Assembly: GCA_030390025.1 (NCBI GenBank)
Contig: CM059431.1
Location: 112,718,001 to 112,778,000, forward strand
Length of the DNA: 60,000 nt
Direction: 5' to 3'
From: Squalus acanthias
Lineage: Eukaryota
Positions 58,498-60,000 of this stretch are shown piece after piece (within the stretch, counting starts at the first letter, position 1; each line of letters opens with the position of its first letter). Under the pieces are notes generated by a model. It saw only the letters and a program-made list of their open reading frames with translations, did no database searches and was not told where the DNA came from. The position numbers and the translations under genes were made by a program.

Positions 58498-59980
58498 CGA
58501 GCCAAGCTGTTCCAGTACAGCTACAACACTGGCATCTATCCGACAATGTGAAAAACTGCCCAGGTATGTTCTGTCCACAAAAAGCAGGACAAATCCAATC
58601 CGGCCAATTACCGCCCCATCAGTCTGCTCTCAATCATCAGCAAAGTGATGGAAGGTGTCATCAACAGTGCTATTAAGCGGCACTTACTCACCAATAACCT
58701 GCTCACTGATGCCCAGTTTGGGTTCCGCCAAGATCACTCGGCTCCTGACCTCATTACAGCCATGGTCCAAATATGGACAAAGGAGCTAAATTCCAGAGGT
58801 GAGGTGAGAGTGACTGCCCTTGACACCAAGGCAGCATTTGACAGAGTCTGGCATCAAGGAGCCCTAGTGAAACTGAAATCAATGGGAATCAGGGGGAAAA
58901 CGCTCCACTGGCTGGAGTCATACCTAGCACAAAGGAAGATGGTTGTGGTGGTTGAAGGTCAATCACAGCCCCAGGACATCGCTGCAGGAGTTCTCAGGGC
59001 AGTGTCCTAGGCCCAACCATCTTCAGCTGCTTCATCAATGACCTTCCCTCCAACATAAGGTCAGAAATGGGGATGTTCGCTGATGACTGCACAGTGTTCA
59101 GCGCCATTCGCAACTCCACAGATAATGAAGCAGTCCGTGTCCGCATGCAACAAGACCTGGACAACGTTCAGGCTTGGGCTGATAAGTGGCAGGTAACATT
59201 CGCGCCACAGAAGTGCCAGGCAATGACTATCTCCAACAAGCGAGAGTCTAACCACCTCCCCTTGACATTCAATGGCATTACCATCGCCGAATCCCCCACT
59301 ATCAACATCCTGGGGGTCACCATTGACCAGAAACTTAACTGGACCAGCCACATAAATACTGTGTCAACAAGAGCAGGTCAGAGGCTAGGTATTCTGCGGC
59401 GAGTGTCTCACCTCCTGACTCCCCAAAGCCTTTCCACCATCTACAAGGCACAAGTAAGGAGTGTGATGGAATACTCTCCACTTGCCTGGATGAGTGCAGC
59501 TCCAACAACACTCAAGAAGCTCAACACCATCAAGGACAAAGCAGCCCGCTTGATTGGCACCCATCCACCACCTTAAACATTCACTCCCTCCACCACCGGC
59601 GTACCGTGGCTGCAGTGTGTACCATCTACAAGATGCACTGCAGCAACTTGCCAAGGCTTCTTCGGCAGCACCTCCCAAACTTGCGATCTCTTCCACCTAG
59701 AAGGACAAGGGCAGCAGGCGCATGGGAACACCACCACCTCCAAGTTCCCCTCCAAGTCACACACCATCCTGACTTAGAAGTATATCGTCGATCCTTCATC
59801 GTCGCTGGGTCAAAATCCTGGAACTCCCTCCCTAACAGCACTGTGGGAGTACCATCACACCACGGACTGCAGCGGTTCAAGGCGGCGGCTCACCACCACC
59901 TTCTCAAGGGCAACTAGGGATGGGCAATAAATGCTGGCATTGCCAGCGATGCCCTGATCCCATAAATGAATTTTTAAAAA
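58498..59980 (+). mobile_element. 5'-truncated copy of the 52724-55980 LINE family (RT region)
   Basis: ORFs 58645..59010, 59067..59576 (FADD) and 59606..59917; same 3' end gggcaactagggatgggcaataaatgctgg. Confidence 0.92.
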
Positions 59981-60000
59981 CTGCCTCCTTCTGTGCTGTA

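Overview
Vertebrate nuclear DNA, almost certainly from a cartilaginous fish, since it carries HE1-type V-SINE, SacSINE1-type DeuSINE and shark-type CR1/L2/Penelope repeats. The whole window lies inside one large minus-strand gene, MYCBP2 (PAM/Highwire/RPM-1 E3 ligase). I traced 24 consecutive internal coding exons (57745 down to 99; 3,365 nt, about 1,121 codons, all phases compatible), covering the RCC1-like repeats, the Cys-rich insert and the first PHR domain. Two introns use GC donors and one acceptor is a NAGNAG. The introns are packed with transposable elements. The two most unusual observations are: (1) a young, nearly intact CR1 LINE (7831-12311) whose AUG-less ORF2 overlaps ORF1 in the -1 frame at an in-phase G_GGU_UUA_AAC slippery site, with the UUUAAAC-stop motif also present in a second, divergent CR1, suggesting -1 ribosomal frameshifting; (2) a 3.26 kb EN-RT LINE (52724-55980) that starts with a tRNA-Thr-like Pol III promoter and has almost no TTTT terminators, suggesting a Pol III-transcribed protein-coding retroelement. 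Penelope-like fragments with minimal hammerhead ribozyme cores are also present. Repeat family names come from motif recognition, not database searches.
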